From positions 8,462 to 72,461 of the IMG/VR virus record IMGVR_UViG_3300033121_001033: DNA of 64,000 nucleotides; one strand, given 5' to 3'. The stretch comes from a virus (Duplodnaviria > Caudoviricetes). Below the pieces are notes generated by a model. That model ran no database searches, was not told the DNA's origin, and saw only the letters and a program-made list of their open reading frames with translations. Positions 55,682-63,199 of the stretch are shown piece by piece. Each line of letters begins with the position of its first letter. Within the stretch, counting starts at the first letter, position 1. Position numbers and translations under genes: made by a program.

Positions 55682-55987
55682 ATGATATATGAAACATTAT
55701 TACAATACTTTAAACAAAGAATACCAGACACAAGAATAGGCGAACTTGATGGCTTTATTTTAAGAGATTATTTATATCATAAAATATATGATTGTTTTTT
55801 AATTTATAATATTAATGGGACATCACGTTTCAGTTGTATTATTGATAACAGACTGGCGCATAAAGAAATAAATTTTTCAGATCCAAACATTTTAACAATC
55901 ATAGAAAAAGAACTTCATGAAGTAATAGATTTTCATAAACTAATAGTAGATAGTAATATTCAAGATAACAGTAGGCATTTATTATGA
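55682..55987 (+). CDS. DP-motif family small protein
   Basis: MIYETLLQYFKQRIP...NFSDPNILTIIEKEL. Confidence 0.65.
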   Translation: MIYETLLQYFKQRIPDTRIGELDGFILRDYLYHKIYDCFLIYNINGTSRFSCIIDNRLAHKEINFSDPNILTIIEKELHEVIDFHKLIVDSNIQDNSRHLL

Positions 55988-56274
55988 TTATACAATATAT
56001 AATAGAGAAGATTGTTTATCCAAAATTTAAAAATAAAACTGTATTAGGAAATCATCTAATGACTTATAGAGAAGAGATGCAAAAATGTTTACGTTTAAAA
56101 GATCATAATAGTCCTCCAATATTATGGGAGTTAGATAATAAATTAGCAATTATTACAGGGGCTTTTAGATACGAGGCCATAGATATAGCTGATCCAGAGT
56201 TAATACCTAACTTAGAGAAAAGAATACAGTATACAATAGATAATATTAATACTATATTGAATAATTACGATTAA
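55984..56274 (+). CDS. DP-motif family small protein
   Basis: DIADPELIPNLEKRI. Confidence 0.65.
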   Translation: MIIQYIIEKIVYPKFKNKTVLGNHLMTYREEMQKCLRLKDHNSPPILWELDNKLAIITGAFRYEAIDIADPELIPNLEKRIQYTIDNINTILNNYD

Positions 56275-56287
56275 GGTTAATCAAAAC

Positions 56288-56542
56288 ATGATACCATATG
56301 AAATAATAAAGTACTTACATAATAAATATCCTAATACAAAGATAGTAGAAAGAGAATTCTGGAATCATAATGAACACGAACTTAGACATTATTCATCTCC
56401 CATGGATGGTGTACTATTATTAATTACGTGGCTGGGTGAATTAAGAAGACTCACGATATTAGGCATTGAACCATATGACTTAGCAAATCCTAATATACTA
56501 CAAGAGATAGAACAAGACATACAAAGTAAAATTGGTAGTTAA
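56288..56542 (+). CDS. DP-motif family small protein
   Basis: DLANPNILQEIEQDI. Confidence 0.65.
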   Translation: MIPYEIIKYLHNKYPNTKIVEREFWNHNEHELRHYSSPMDGVLLLITWLGELRRLTILGIEPYDLANPNILQEIEQDIQSKIGS

Positions 56543-56603
56543 GATTTTTACTATTAAATAGTATACGCAGCATTACAAAAGTAGCATATAAAGGAAATTA
56601 AAA

Positions 56604-56933
56604 ATGGACTTAATAGTTAAAGTATTAGAAGATCATGGAAAGAAAAATAATTATCACGTAGTCCCGACCTTTTTTTCGAATTATTTTCTATTACGAATAC
56701 TAAGTAAAAAACAATTTGAAACATTAGAAAATAATATGTATACGACATATGAGTTTACTACGATAGGTAGTTATTACAATGGAGAGAACGTAGCTCTTAA
56801 TAAATCTAAACAGGAAATTATATCTTTAAATGATCCTGAGCTTTTAACTAAAATAGCAAAGTGCGCCAAATATAAAGTCAATAGATTCAAAAAGAAAATC
56901 AAAACCCTTAAAGAAACGTTAAATAAAATATGA
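56604..56933 (+). CDS. DP-motif family small protein
   Basis: SLNDPELLTKIAKC. Confidence 0.6.
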   Translation: MDLIVKVLEDHGKKNNYHVVPTFFSNYFLLRILSKKQFETLENNMYTTYEFTTIGSYYNGENVALNKSKQEIISLNDPELLTKIAKCAKYKVNRFKKKIKTLKETLNKI

Positions 56934-57205
56934 TTTACAAAGCCATACTAGATTATTTTCTTAATAAAATACCAAATTCGTATATTGGAACAGTTACTAC
57001 TATTCCAAAATTCGATATTATGTTAGTTATTAAAACAAATTTTACAGTACAACATCTACTTTGGCGTTATATTCCAGATAACTCAATATATGTAAGAACA
57101 TCATTAAACGGCGATGGTGTTAAAGTAGATCCAAGTAATCCAAATTTTCTTCAAGATGTAGAACAACATATAATAGAATTTATAAAAAGAACAGATTCTC
57201 TATAA
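56930..57205 (+). CDS. DP-motif family small protein
   Basis: MIYKAILDYFLNKIP...DPSNPNFLQDVEQHI. Confidence 0.65.
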   Translation: MIYKAILDYFLNKIPNSYIGTVTTIPKFDIMLVIKTNFTVQHLLWRYIPDNSIYVRTSLNGDGVKVDPSNPNFLQDVEQHIIEFIKRTDSL

Positions 57206-57260
57206 TTTTATTCCTCTTTTATTTTATAAAAGTTAATGTAAAATAAAACTGAGGTGCTAG

Positions 57261-58061
57261 ATGAAACAATCAATGTTACATGAAGTTCGTGATGTATTAA
57301 ATATATTTAATGGATTACATCCTGATAAGTTAGATGATATTGATCGCAAAATTTCAGCAGCTTACAATAAATTAGATACAAAAGGTAAACCAAACAGAGC
57401 AGGATATAATTATCTATCCAAAATTGCGAATCAGGTTTACGCAGCAAAGAGTAGTCATTTATTTGAAAGACCAAAGATCAATAAAATTAGGGAACTACTC
57501 AATAAATTTAAAGAGAGTACGGGCAGGAAAAATTCAAAAGTCGGTGCTATTCTTAGAAGTTATCCAGAATTAGGAAAACCACAAAAACCATTTGAGTTCA
57601 AAAAAGATGACAAAGGTTCATATCATATTGATGATGAGCATAAATTAGTTAGAACTCCTATGAATGATGATCATTATCAGCCTTACGTAAAAACGTATCA
57701 AATACATAAACATGATAAACAAATACCAGGTAGTGAAATCACTGTTGATCATAAAGGTACTCCTTATGTATCAGGAATGTTTCCAAATATAACAGGCAAG
57801 AACTTGGCGCCAAATATTTATCAAGTTTTAAATAGATTACATAACGGTATTACTAGTGATGAACATACGACATTAGAACCGGCGCAAAAACTTTGGAAAC
57901 GTTTGTATAAGATGGGTTTAGCCGAACCAATGGTAGATAAAAAAGGCGTACCGGTTTTAAATACAGATGGAAGACAAAGATATAAAATGTTCTATAATAA
58001 TATAACTAAGAATACTGATAGGTTAAAAAGTCTTATTAATAATAGATTTGATAGACGTTAA
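57261..58061 (+). CDS. GNAT-like paralog 3
   Basis: GKNLAPNIYQVLNRLHNGITSD...AQKLWKRL...QRYKMF. Confidence 0.55.
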   Translation: MKQSMLHEVRDVLNIFNGLHPDKLDDIDRKISAAYNKLDTKGKPNRAGYNYLSKIANQVYAAKSSHLFERPKINKIRELLNKFKESTGRKNSKVGAILRSYPELGKPQKPFEFKKDDKGSYHIDDEHKLVRTPMNDDHYQPYVKTYQIHKHDKQIPGSEITVDHKGTPYVSGMFPNITGKNLAPNIYQVLNRLHNGITSDEHTTLEPAQKLWKRLYKMGLAEPMVDKKGVPVLNTDGRQRYKMFYNNITKNTDRLKSLINNRFDRR

Positions 58062-58087
58062 ATCCTAATATGACATTGGAATACTAA

Positions 58088-58303
58088 ATGATAGAGAAAG
58101 CAATAAAAGATTACATAGAATTAAAAGGTTTTAAACAAGTAGGAAATCTTTATGTAACTATTTATCAATTCAATGAATTATTTTTATACTTTGGAATAGG
58201 ATTTATTCTATTAAAAAACGAGATTATATCTTTTTCAGATCCTGATCTAATTTCTAAGATAGATGAGTATGTAAAAACTTCACATTACTACTCAGCATTG
58301 TAA
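58088..58303 (+). CDS. DP-motif family small protein
   Basis: SFSDPDLISKIDEYV. Confidence 0.6.
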   Translation: MIEKAIKDYIELKGFKQVGNLYVTIYQFNELFLYFGIGFILLKNEIISFSDPDLISKIDEYVKTSHYYSAL

Positions 58304-58440
58304 AAGTAGTGTATGTACCAAATCTAATGCGCAGATATGTAAAACTTTTATTTTCATCTTCACAGGAAAAACCTTTTATTAGTTACGCAGCATTACAAAA
58401 TTGCATACATATTTGTTTTATTTACTCAGCATTGCAAATC
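58289..58440 (+). repeat. Cluster of TAC(G/T)CAGCATT(A/G)(C/T)AAA repeats
   Basis: Copies at 58289, 58384 and 58423 (degenerate copy near 58328); also at 42761, 54410 and 56564. Confidence 0.75.
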
Positions 58441-58470
58441 TTTTTAAATAATCTCCATAGGGAAAACCTC

Positions 58471-58575
58471 CAGCGAATGTAATGCCAATCTTACACTTCG
58501 CTGTGAACGCATCGTGTTTGTAATACGGGCTTTACAATGAAACGAAAGGGGGTGTCCCCCTTACGATGAAACGAA
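58471..58575. repeat. Hairpins and direct repeat at the composition junction
   Basis: CAGCGAATGTAA..TTACACTTCGCTG hairpin; TTAC(A/G)ATGAAACGAA at 58532 and 58561 flanking AAGGGGG-TGT-CCCCCTT. Confidence 0.7.
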
Positions 58576-58727
58576 TGGCGCTGTTTGATGTTATTTCGCC
58601 TATGTATTGTTTTATTGTTAGCTGTTACTAGTCCCTTAAGGTCCTTCATTCGATGATAACTCGATAAGGATTTTTACTAAACAGGGACAAGTTTATCCTA
58701 ACCTCTAGCCAGGAAAGGGTTTACGAA

Positions 58728-58874
58728 ATGCCCCTCTATCAGATTGTTCGGTTTCGCTTCAAGGCCGGACGCCGTGTTATCAAGAAGGGCCTAACGCTGG
58801 CGCAGGCTCAGGCGCATTGCGATAATCCGAAGACCAAGGGCAATGACTGGTTCGATGGATATGAGGAGATGTAA
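58728..58874 (+). CDS. Small early-type phage protein, 48 aa (not in track)
   Basis: MPLYQIVRFRFKAGRRVIKKGLTLAQAQAHCDNPKTKGNDWFDGYEEM. Confidence 0.6.
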   Translation: MPLYQIVRFRFKAGRRVIKKGLTLAQAQAHCDNPKTKGNDWFDGYEEM

Positions 58875-59003
58875 CGCTTAAGTCGCATGATGCCTTGGGG
58901 TTAGGTGGAAAAAGCCCCGCAATTGGGCGGTAGATGTAGGTTCAACCCCTATCGGAAGCTTAGATGTATGGCATAGGTTCTTCTAACTTTAGGAGAATGA
59001 ATA

Positions 59004-59339
59004 ATGCAGAACGTGCTCAAACTGTTCGGTGATGTCAAGCCGATGGTTGTTTGCCAAACGGCGGATTCGTTGTTCTCGATTATCACCAAGCTCGCCAATC
59101 TCGATGTCGAGTTTGACGAGACCTCGTTTTACACTCTTCGTTTCACGTATACCGGAGATGACAACGTTCCGGATGAAGTCCAGGCTACGGTGAATGACCT
59201 GGAACCCCTTCGCCCCTTCCTGTCTCACGTTGCTTACGGTTTGCTGGAAAAGCACGCCGAAATCCTTCGGGATTGCTACGGAGAAGCAATCGAGGAAGAC
59301 AATCGACTGGAAGATCTCAAGAGAAAGGCCCGGAAGTAA
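59004..59339 (+). CDS. Hypothetical protein
   Basis: AGGAG SD; acidic. Confidence 0.6.
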   Translation: MQNVLKLFGDVKPMVVCQTADSLFSIITKLANLDVEFDETSFYTLRFTYTGDDNVPDEVQATVNDLEPLRPFLSHVAYGLLEKHAEILRDCYGEAIEEDNRLEDLKRKARK

Positions 59340-59531
59340 ATGAAGCTCTGGAAGGTTTCGGCCTTTTGCCTTGGGACTCAACTCGAAGCAATCGTTTGCG
59401 CCGAATCCAGTGTGACGGCGCTGGAAATCATTACGAAGTCTGACTCGATGTATCGAGACAATGCGGAAGTCAAGGAAATCATTCCGCAGAATGGTTCAAT
59501 TCTGATTGAGTCGAGTCGGGATCTCTGGTAA
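59340..59531 (+). CDS. Hypothetical protein
   Basis: Coupled to the upstream gene and followed by a terminator. Confidence 0.55.
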   Translation: MKLWKVSAFCLGTQLEAIVCAESSVTALEIITKSDSMYRDNAEVKEIIPQNGSILIESSRDLW

Positions 59532-59536
59532 ATCCT

Positions 59537-59637
59537 AAAGCCTGGACCCGAAAGGGTTTGGGCTTTTGCCGTTTGGCCGAGTAATAATCCTAGCGGGCTA
59601 ATGCCAGGTCGTTCTACCATGATGATTTGATGATAAT
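59537..59637 (+). promoter_or_regulatory. Hairpin + TAGCGGGC + TTGATGATA unit 1
   Basis: GAAA-loop hairpin 59537-59567, motif at 59591, TTGATGATAAT at 59627. Confidence 0.65.
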
Positions 59638-59674
59638 GTTTAGTATTTTTGTATTATTGAAAGAGAGCACTATA

Positions 59675-59929
59675 ATGGAAAAGCCCTTTATGGTTGTTTA
59701 CGTTTGGGAAAACTCCGGAAACTGGATTCTTCTCTCCTCTTTCAAAACCTTGGCCGAAGCTTCGGAAAACCGTAGGGTATCCGGCGACCTTGTTTACGAT
59801 GCCCGAACGATGGAGATCGTGAAAGATCAGACTTGGCTTTTCGATTGGGAGAAGAAAGATTCTGAATGCTATGTCAAAAGGATGTTGGAAACTCCTGTCA
59901 AGCTTGGTTCGCTACTCTATGTGAACTAG
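59675..59929 (+). CDS. Hypothetical protein
   Basis: Start reassigned to MEKPF. Confidence 0.55.
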   Translation: MEKPFMVVYVWENSGNWILLSSFKTLAEASENRRVSGDLVYDARTMEIVKDQTWLFDWEKKDSECYVKRMLETPVKLGSLLYVN

Positions 59930-60000
59930 ATCCCTTCGGGGATTATTTTATATTAGCGGGCCTGTATTGTGTTGTATAAGTGTTAATAGTTTGATGATAT
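59930..60000 (+). promoter_or_regulatory. Unit 2
   Basis: TTCG hairpin 59930-43, TAGCGGGC at 59954, TTGATGATAT at 59991. Confidence 0.65.
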
Positions 60001-60035
60001 AGGTTTGGTAATCACCGAATAATAGGAGCATTACC

Positions 60036-60221
60036 ATGATTGACTACCAGTTTCTCGCCGGTCTAAACGCGGAAACGGCTAAGCTTTATGGTTTCTGCGA
60101 TGGGCCTTTTTCTCCCCGCCACCTTCCGGTCGTCACGCCTGTTAATGTGGCGATGTGTGTTAAGTGTGATGGCGGCAATGTTATTGCCGATGATCTCTGC
60201 CTGGATTGCCTTCAGTCTTAA
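60036..60221 (+). CDS. Small Zn-finger protein
   Basis: CVKC...CLDC; AGGAG SD. Confidence 0.55.
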   Translation: MIDYQFLAGLNAETAKLYGFCDGPFSPRHLPVVTPVNVAMCVKCDGGNVIADDLCLDCLQS

Positions 60222-60224
60222 GGT

Positions 60225-60303
60225 AAAGCCTTCGGGCTTTTAAGATGTCTTAGCGGCCTATAGGTTTCCTATTATGCTGTATCACGTTGAAAAGTGATGC
60301 TAT
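60225..60303 (+). promoter_or_regulatory. Unit 3
   Basis: TTCG hairpin 60225-40, TAGCGGCC at 60251, GTGATGCTAT at 60294. Confidence 0.6.
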
Positions 60304-60338
60304 CTCCTCTTAATCTTTAACTGACAGGAGAATAGAAG

Positions 60339-60521
60339 ATGCGCCAGGTGAGCGGAACGAAGTTTCTTTCGCGAGTGGCAAAGGATAAGAGCCATGTCGC
60401 CAATCGTCTTTCTCAGACTTGGAATGCGCTGAACAAGCGATACGAAAAGGGTGGCGATGTTTCGCGTGGAAATGATCGTTACGATCGCCGTTCATTTCTC
60501 TTCCAGTTGATGGATATGTAA
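60339..60521 (+). CDS. Small basic hypothetical protein
   Basis: AGGAG SD. Confidence 0.5.
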   Translation: MRQVSGTKFLSRVAKDKSHVANRLSQTWNALNKRYEKGGDVSRGNDRYDRRSFLFQLMDM

Positions 60522-60596
60522 GCCCGAAAGGGCTTTATAGTTAGTATTAGCGGCCTCACTCCATTATTGTACAACGCAATGCGTCATTGATGATAG
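60520..60596 (+). promoter_or_regulatory. Unit 4
   Basis: GAAA hairpin 60520-36, TAGCGGCC at 60548, TTGATGATAG at 60587. Confidence 0.65.
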
Positions 60597-60620
60597 TTGT
60601 ATGTAGTGAGACATTTTCTT

Positions 60621-60770
60621 ATGAAACTCTTCTCAAGCTTTAAGATGTTTATCTGGGACTACCGAGAAACTCTCGGAGGAGAGCTTAGTTGCGGAGCGCC
60701 AGACACAATCTCAACTAAGGTTTCTGCGTTCTGGTACGCATTTCGCCGTTTTGTTCGTGGCTACGCCTAA
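60621..60770 (+). CDS. Small hypothetical protein, 49 aa (not in track)
   Basis: MKLFSSFKMFIWDYRE...; TAATG coupling to the next gene. Confidence 0.45.
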   Translation: MKLFSSFKMFIWDYRETLGGELSCGAPDTISTKVSAFWYAFRRFVRGYA

Positions 60771-60976
60771 TGCGAAAGTTTGAGTATCTTCGTAGAAGTA
60801 TTGGCATTGAGCAGGATGGATTGCTCGATAGGTGCGGAAGGGAAGGATGGGAGCTTGTTTCAGTTATCCAGCCTCATGATGTAAACGCGCTTTGTACGAT
60901 GCTTTACGTGTTCAAACGTGAAATCTCAGATGAGAAGATTTCGGATCGAGCCGATCGTATTCGCGACGGACGATAA
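60770..60976 (+). CDS. DUF4177-like small protein
   Basis: FEY....LDRCGREGWELVSV...YVFKR. Confidence 0.65.
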   Translation: MRKFEYLRRSIGIEQDGLLDRCGREGWELVSVIQPHDVNALCTMLYVFKREISDEKISDRADRIRDGR

Positions 60977-60989
60977 CTCATAAACTCAA

Positions 60990-61077
60990 AGGAGAAAATG
61001 ACCTAGGTCATTTTTTCTCCTATAGATACCTTAGCGGGCCTGCATTAACGTTGTGTAGTTCAGGCGTTTGATGCTAT
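60990..61077 (+). promoter_or_regulatory. Unit 5
   Basis: Hairpin 60990-61021, TAGCGGGC at 61032, TTGATGCTAT at 61068. Confidence 0.65.
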
Positions 61078-61116
61078 TAATCTCCTTTGTTCCTTTATTC
61101 GTAAGGAGAATCGAAT

Positions 61117-61446
61117 ATGTTCTCTGTTTGCCTTTGGGGTTCTCACCCGGACGCCGGAAATGATGATTTCTGGTCGAGCGTGAGTTTTCCGACGCTCGAT
61201 GCTGCGCTGGCTTCTGTCGAGCATCCGGATCGTTTCCAGTTTCCGCTCCATTGTCCGTCGAATATCGTCGCATTCTTCCAGGTTGTTACGGAAGATGCTA
61301 ACGAAAACATCTGCGAAATCCACAAGGTTGTTGCGAATCCTGGTTTCAAGCCTGACCAGGATGATGATTCTTGGCATCGTGAAATGCAGATGGAAGCTGG
61401 AATGCTTCACGGCTGCGACGGCTATAACGAATACGAGGGATGCTAA
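61117..61446 (+). CDS. Acidic hypothetical protein
   Basis: AAGGAG SD. Confidence 0.6.
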   Translation: MFSVCLWGSHPDAGNDDFWSSVSFPTLDAALASVEHPDRFQFPLHCPSNIVAFFQVVTEDANENICEIHKVVANPGFKPDQDDDSWHREMQMEAGMLHGCDGYNEYEGC

Positions 61447-61629
61447 ATGCTTAAGGCCGTTGAAGTTAACACGACTTACGGTAGTTCCGAGACTTATGGG
61501 CCTTTTGATGAAGTCAAGGCTCGTGAGTTTCTTGATGATATCCGTCAGAAGCTTGGTCGGATGCATAAGTCGAGTTATATTATCGACATTCTTCTGCCGG
61601 ATACATTCTCGTGTCCTGACCCTGATTGA
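61447..61629 (+). CDS. Hypothetical protein
   Basis: Adjacent to the upstream stop. Confidence 0.5.
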   Translation: MLKAVEVNTTYGSSETYGPFDEVKAREFLDDIRQKLGRMHKSSYIIDILLPDTFSCPDPD

Positions 61630-61672
61630 TGCTAAATCCTTTCCAAACATAAACATCCGAAAGGAAAATACA

Positions 61673-61867
61673 ATGGAGCAAACCGAAATCTCGGCAGCAA
61701 AGAATGCTGTAGCTTTCGTTTTCTCTCGACTGGAAAGCCTGGAACACGAGAACAAGCGCCAGCATATTCATATTCTCGCGCTTCGTGAAAAGATCCAAGC
61801 TCTTACGGGAAAGCCTTGGTTTAACTCTTTCGATGCTCTGACGCTGCAAAAGATCGCTCCTCGGTAA
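61673..61867 (+). CDS. Small coiled-coil hypothetical protein
   Basis: Start MEQTEIS with AAGGA SD (C-terminal part of track ORF 61199). Confidence 0.55.
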   Translation: MEQTEISAAKNAVAFVFSRLESLEHENKRQHIHILALREKIQALTGKPWFNSFDALTLQKIAPR

Positions 61868-61874
61868 AAGGATG

Positions 61875-62005
61875 AAAAGCTCTTTAATGAGCTTTTAAAC
61901 CATCATAGCGGGCTTCTGTGTAGGTAATGGTGATTAGGAATGATGTTATCTTAAAAGCCCGATTAGAGGGTTTTACGCCTATGTTCTGAAAGTGAGTTGA
62001 TGTTG
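61875..62005 (+). promoter_or_regulatory. Unit 6 (extended; repeated at 62912-63056)
   Basis: Hairpin 61875-96, TAGCGGGC at 61906, ATGATGTTAT at 61940, GATTAGA-loop hairpin, second TTGATG. Confidence 0.65.
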
Positions 62006-62068
62006 AAATCGTAGGAACGGACGATGCTAATAATCTTACTAGACTAATAATCACAGGAGGAGTGAACT

Positions 62069-62260
62069 ATGCGCGTCATGGTTTATTGCACCTACAAGTC
62101 CGGTCAACCGGGCAAGATTCTCGCGACGGTCAAAGACATCGCGCATCTCTACAATACGCTCGCTGGCATGGACGTTGCAAGTGTCCAGTCAGTCGAGAGT
62201 TACGTCGGAATGGAACAACCTTCCTGGTCTTCGATTGCCAGGCAGCAAAGCCGATGCTAA
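62069..62260 (+). CDS. Hypothetical protein
   Basis: GGAGG SD. Confidence 0.55.
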   Translation: MRVMVYCTYKSGQPGKILATVKDIAHLYNTLAGMDVASVQSVESYVGMEQPSWSSIARQQSRC

Positions 62261-62293
62261 TCGGTTAACCAAACAATAACTCGGGAGGATTCA

Positions 62294-62578
62294 ATGATCT
62301 ACGCAATCATTGACGCTGCCGACATTCTGGAAATCGCTGGGAAGTTTCCGTGTGACATCGCTTTCGAGTTTCCCGAGACTCGCGTGTTCCAGCAGTTTTG
62401 TTGCAAAGAGCCGCACCGATTCAAGATTGAGACCATTGCGGTCTCCATTGATGCTACGGAAGCTGAGGTCGATAAACTTTACTTGACGATTCAAGGTAAG
62501 GATGCACCGATCTTTACGGAAAAGCCGGAAGATTGGATGAAACATTACCAGGCTGATATCTACACCGAGATGTGCTAA
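62294..62578 (+). CDS. Hypothetical protein
   Basis: GGAGG SD. Confidence 0.6.
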   Translation: MIYAIIDAADILEIAGKFPCDIAFEFPETRVFQQFCCKEPHRFKIETIAVSIDATEAEVDKLYLTIQGKDAPIFTEKPEDWMKHYQADIYTEMC

Positions 62579-62632
62579 CTCGGTGTAGATGCTAACATAA
62601 ACCCGAAACAATACATTGAAAGGAAAAGTGAA

Positions 62633-62896
62633 ATGAACAACACGTTCACGATTCTCCCTTCTGGTGTTTGGGGCGTCCGGGTTGTTGGCACGCCACAGGT
62701 TGGCGAAAACGTCGAGATTTTCAAGCGTTCCGGGGCTCGTAAGACGGTTCGCATTTCGCGAGTGCTCGCGACTACCGCTGGCGAGTCGGTTTGTGAAATC
62801 GAAGGAACGAGCAAGGTCCGAAACGCTCGTGGACTCCGCAGGATTTCGGTTTACCGTAGCCGTTGTGAAGATGCTCCGTGCTGCGGCTGTTGCTAG
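62633..62896 (+). CDS. Small protein with C-terminal CEDAPCCGCC Cys cluster
   Basis: AAGGA SD; Cys-rich terminus. Confidence 0.6.
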   Translation: MNNTFTILPSGVWGVRVVGTPQVGENVEIFKRSGARKTVRISRVLATTAGESVCEIEGTSKVRNARGLRRISVYRSRCEDAPCCGCC

Positions 62897-62911
62897 TCGC
62901 ATTAAACCCAA

Positions 62912-63161
62912 GGGAGAGAACGACTTCGGTCGTTTTCTTCCTAATAGGCATCTTAGCGGGCCTATCATGAGGGTAATGTGGTCGTATAGGTTGATGTTAT
63001 GTTTAAAGCTCGATTAGAGGCTTTTACGACCGCATTCTGAAATAGACTTGATGCTAAGGCTTAAGAATAACCCCAAGTAAGTCTTTGCCCTTCGGGGCTT
63101 TGGCTATCTTAGCGGGCTTGTTGTGCGCTATAAAAAGAAACTATCATTAGGTTGATGCTAA
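62912..63161 (+). promoter_or_regulatory. Units 7 and 8 in tandem with no intervening gene
   Basis: TTCG hairpins near 62918 and 63087; TAGCGGGC at 62954 and 63110; TTGATG(T/C)TA at 62991, 63048 and 63152. Confidence 0.65.
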
Positions 63162-63199
63162 TCCAATAAGAATAAAACAGTCTTGAAAGGTAAAGTAAA

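Noticed and set aside
42792-58303. Diversity-generating retroelement as the source of DP paralog variation
   Set aside because: No reverse transcriptase and no near-identical TR/VR pair; paralogs are diverged throughout rather than at adenines only
58289-58575. Short repeats as a mini-CRISPR array or hammerhead ribozyme
   Set aside because: Repeats are only 11-15 nt with irregular spacing; the hammerhead CUGAUGA core is absent
59537-63161. Integron attC cassette array
   Set aside because: No RYYYAAC/GTTRRRY core sites, hairpins are short terminator-like stems, and no integrase is in the window
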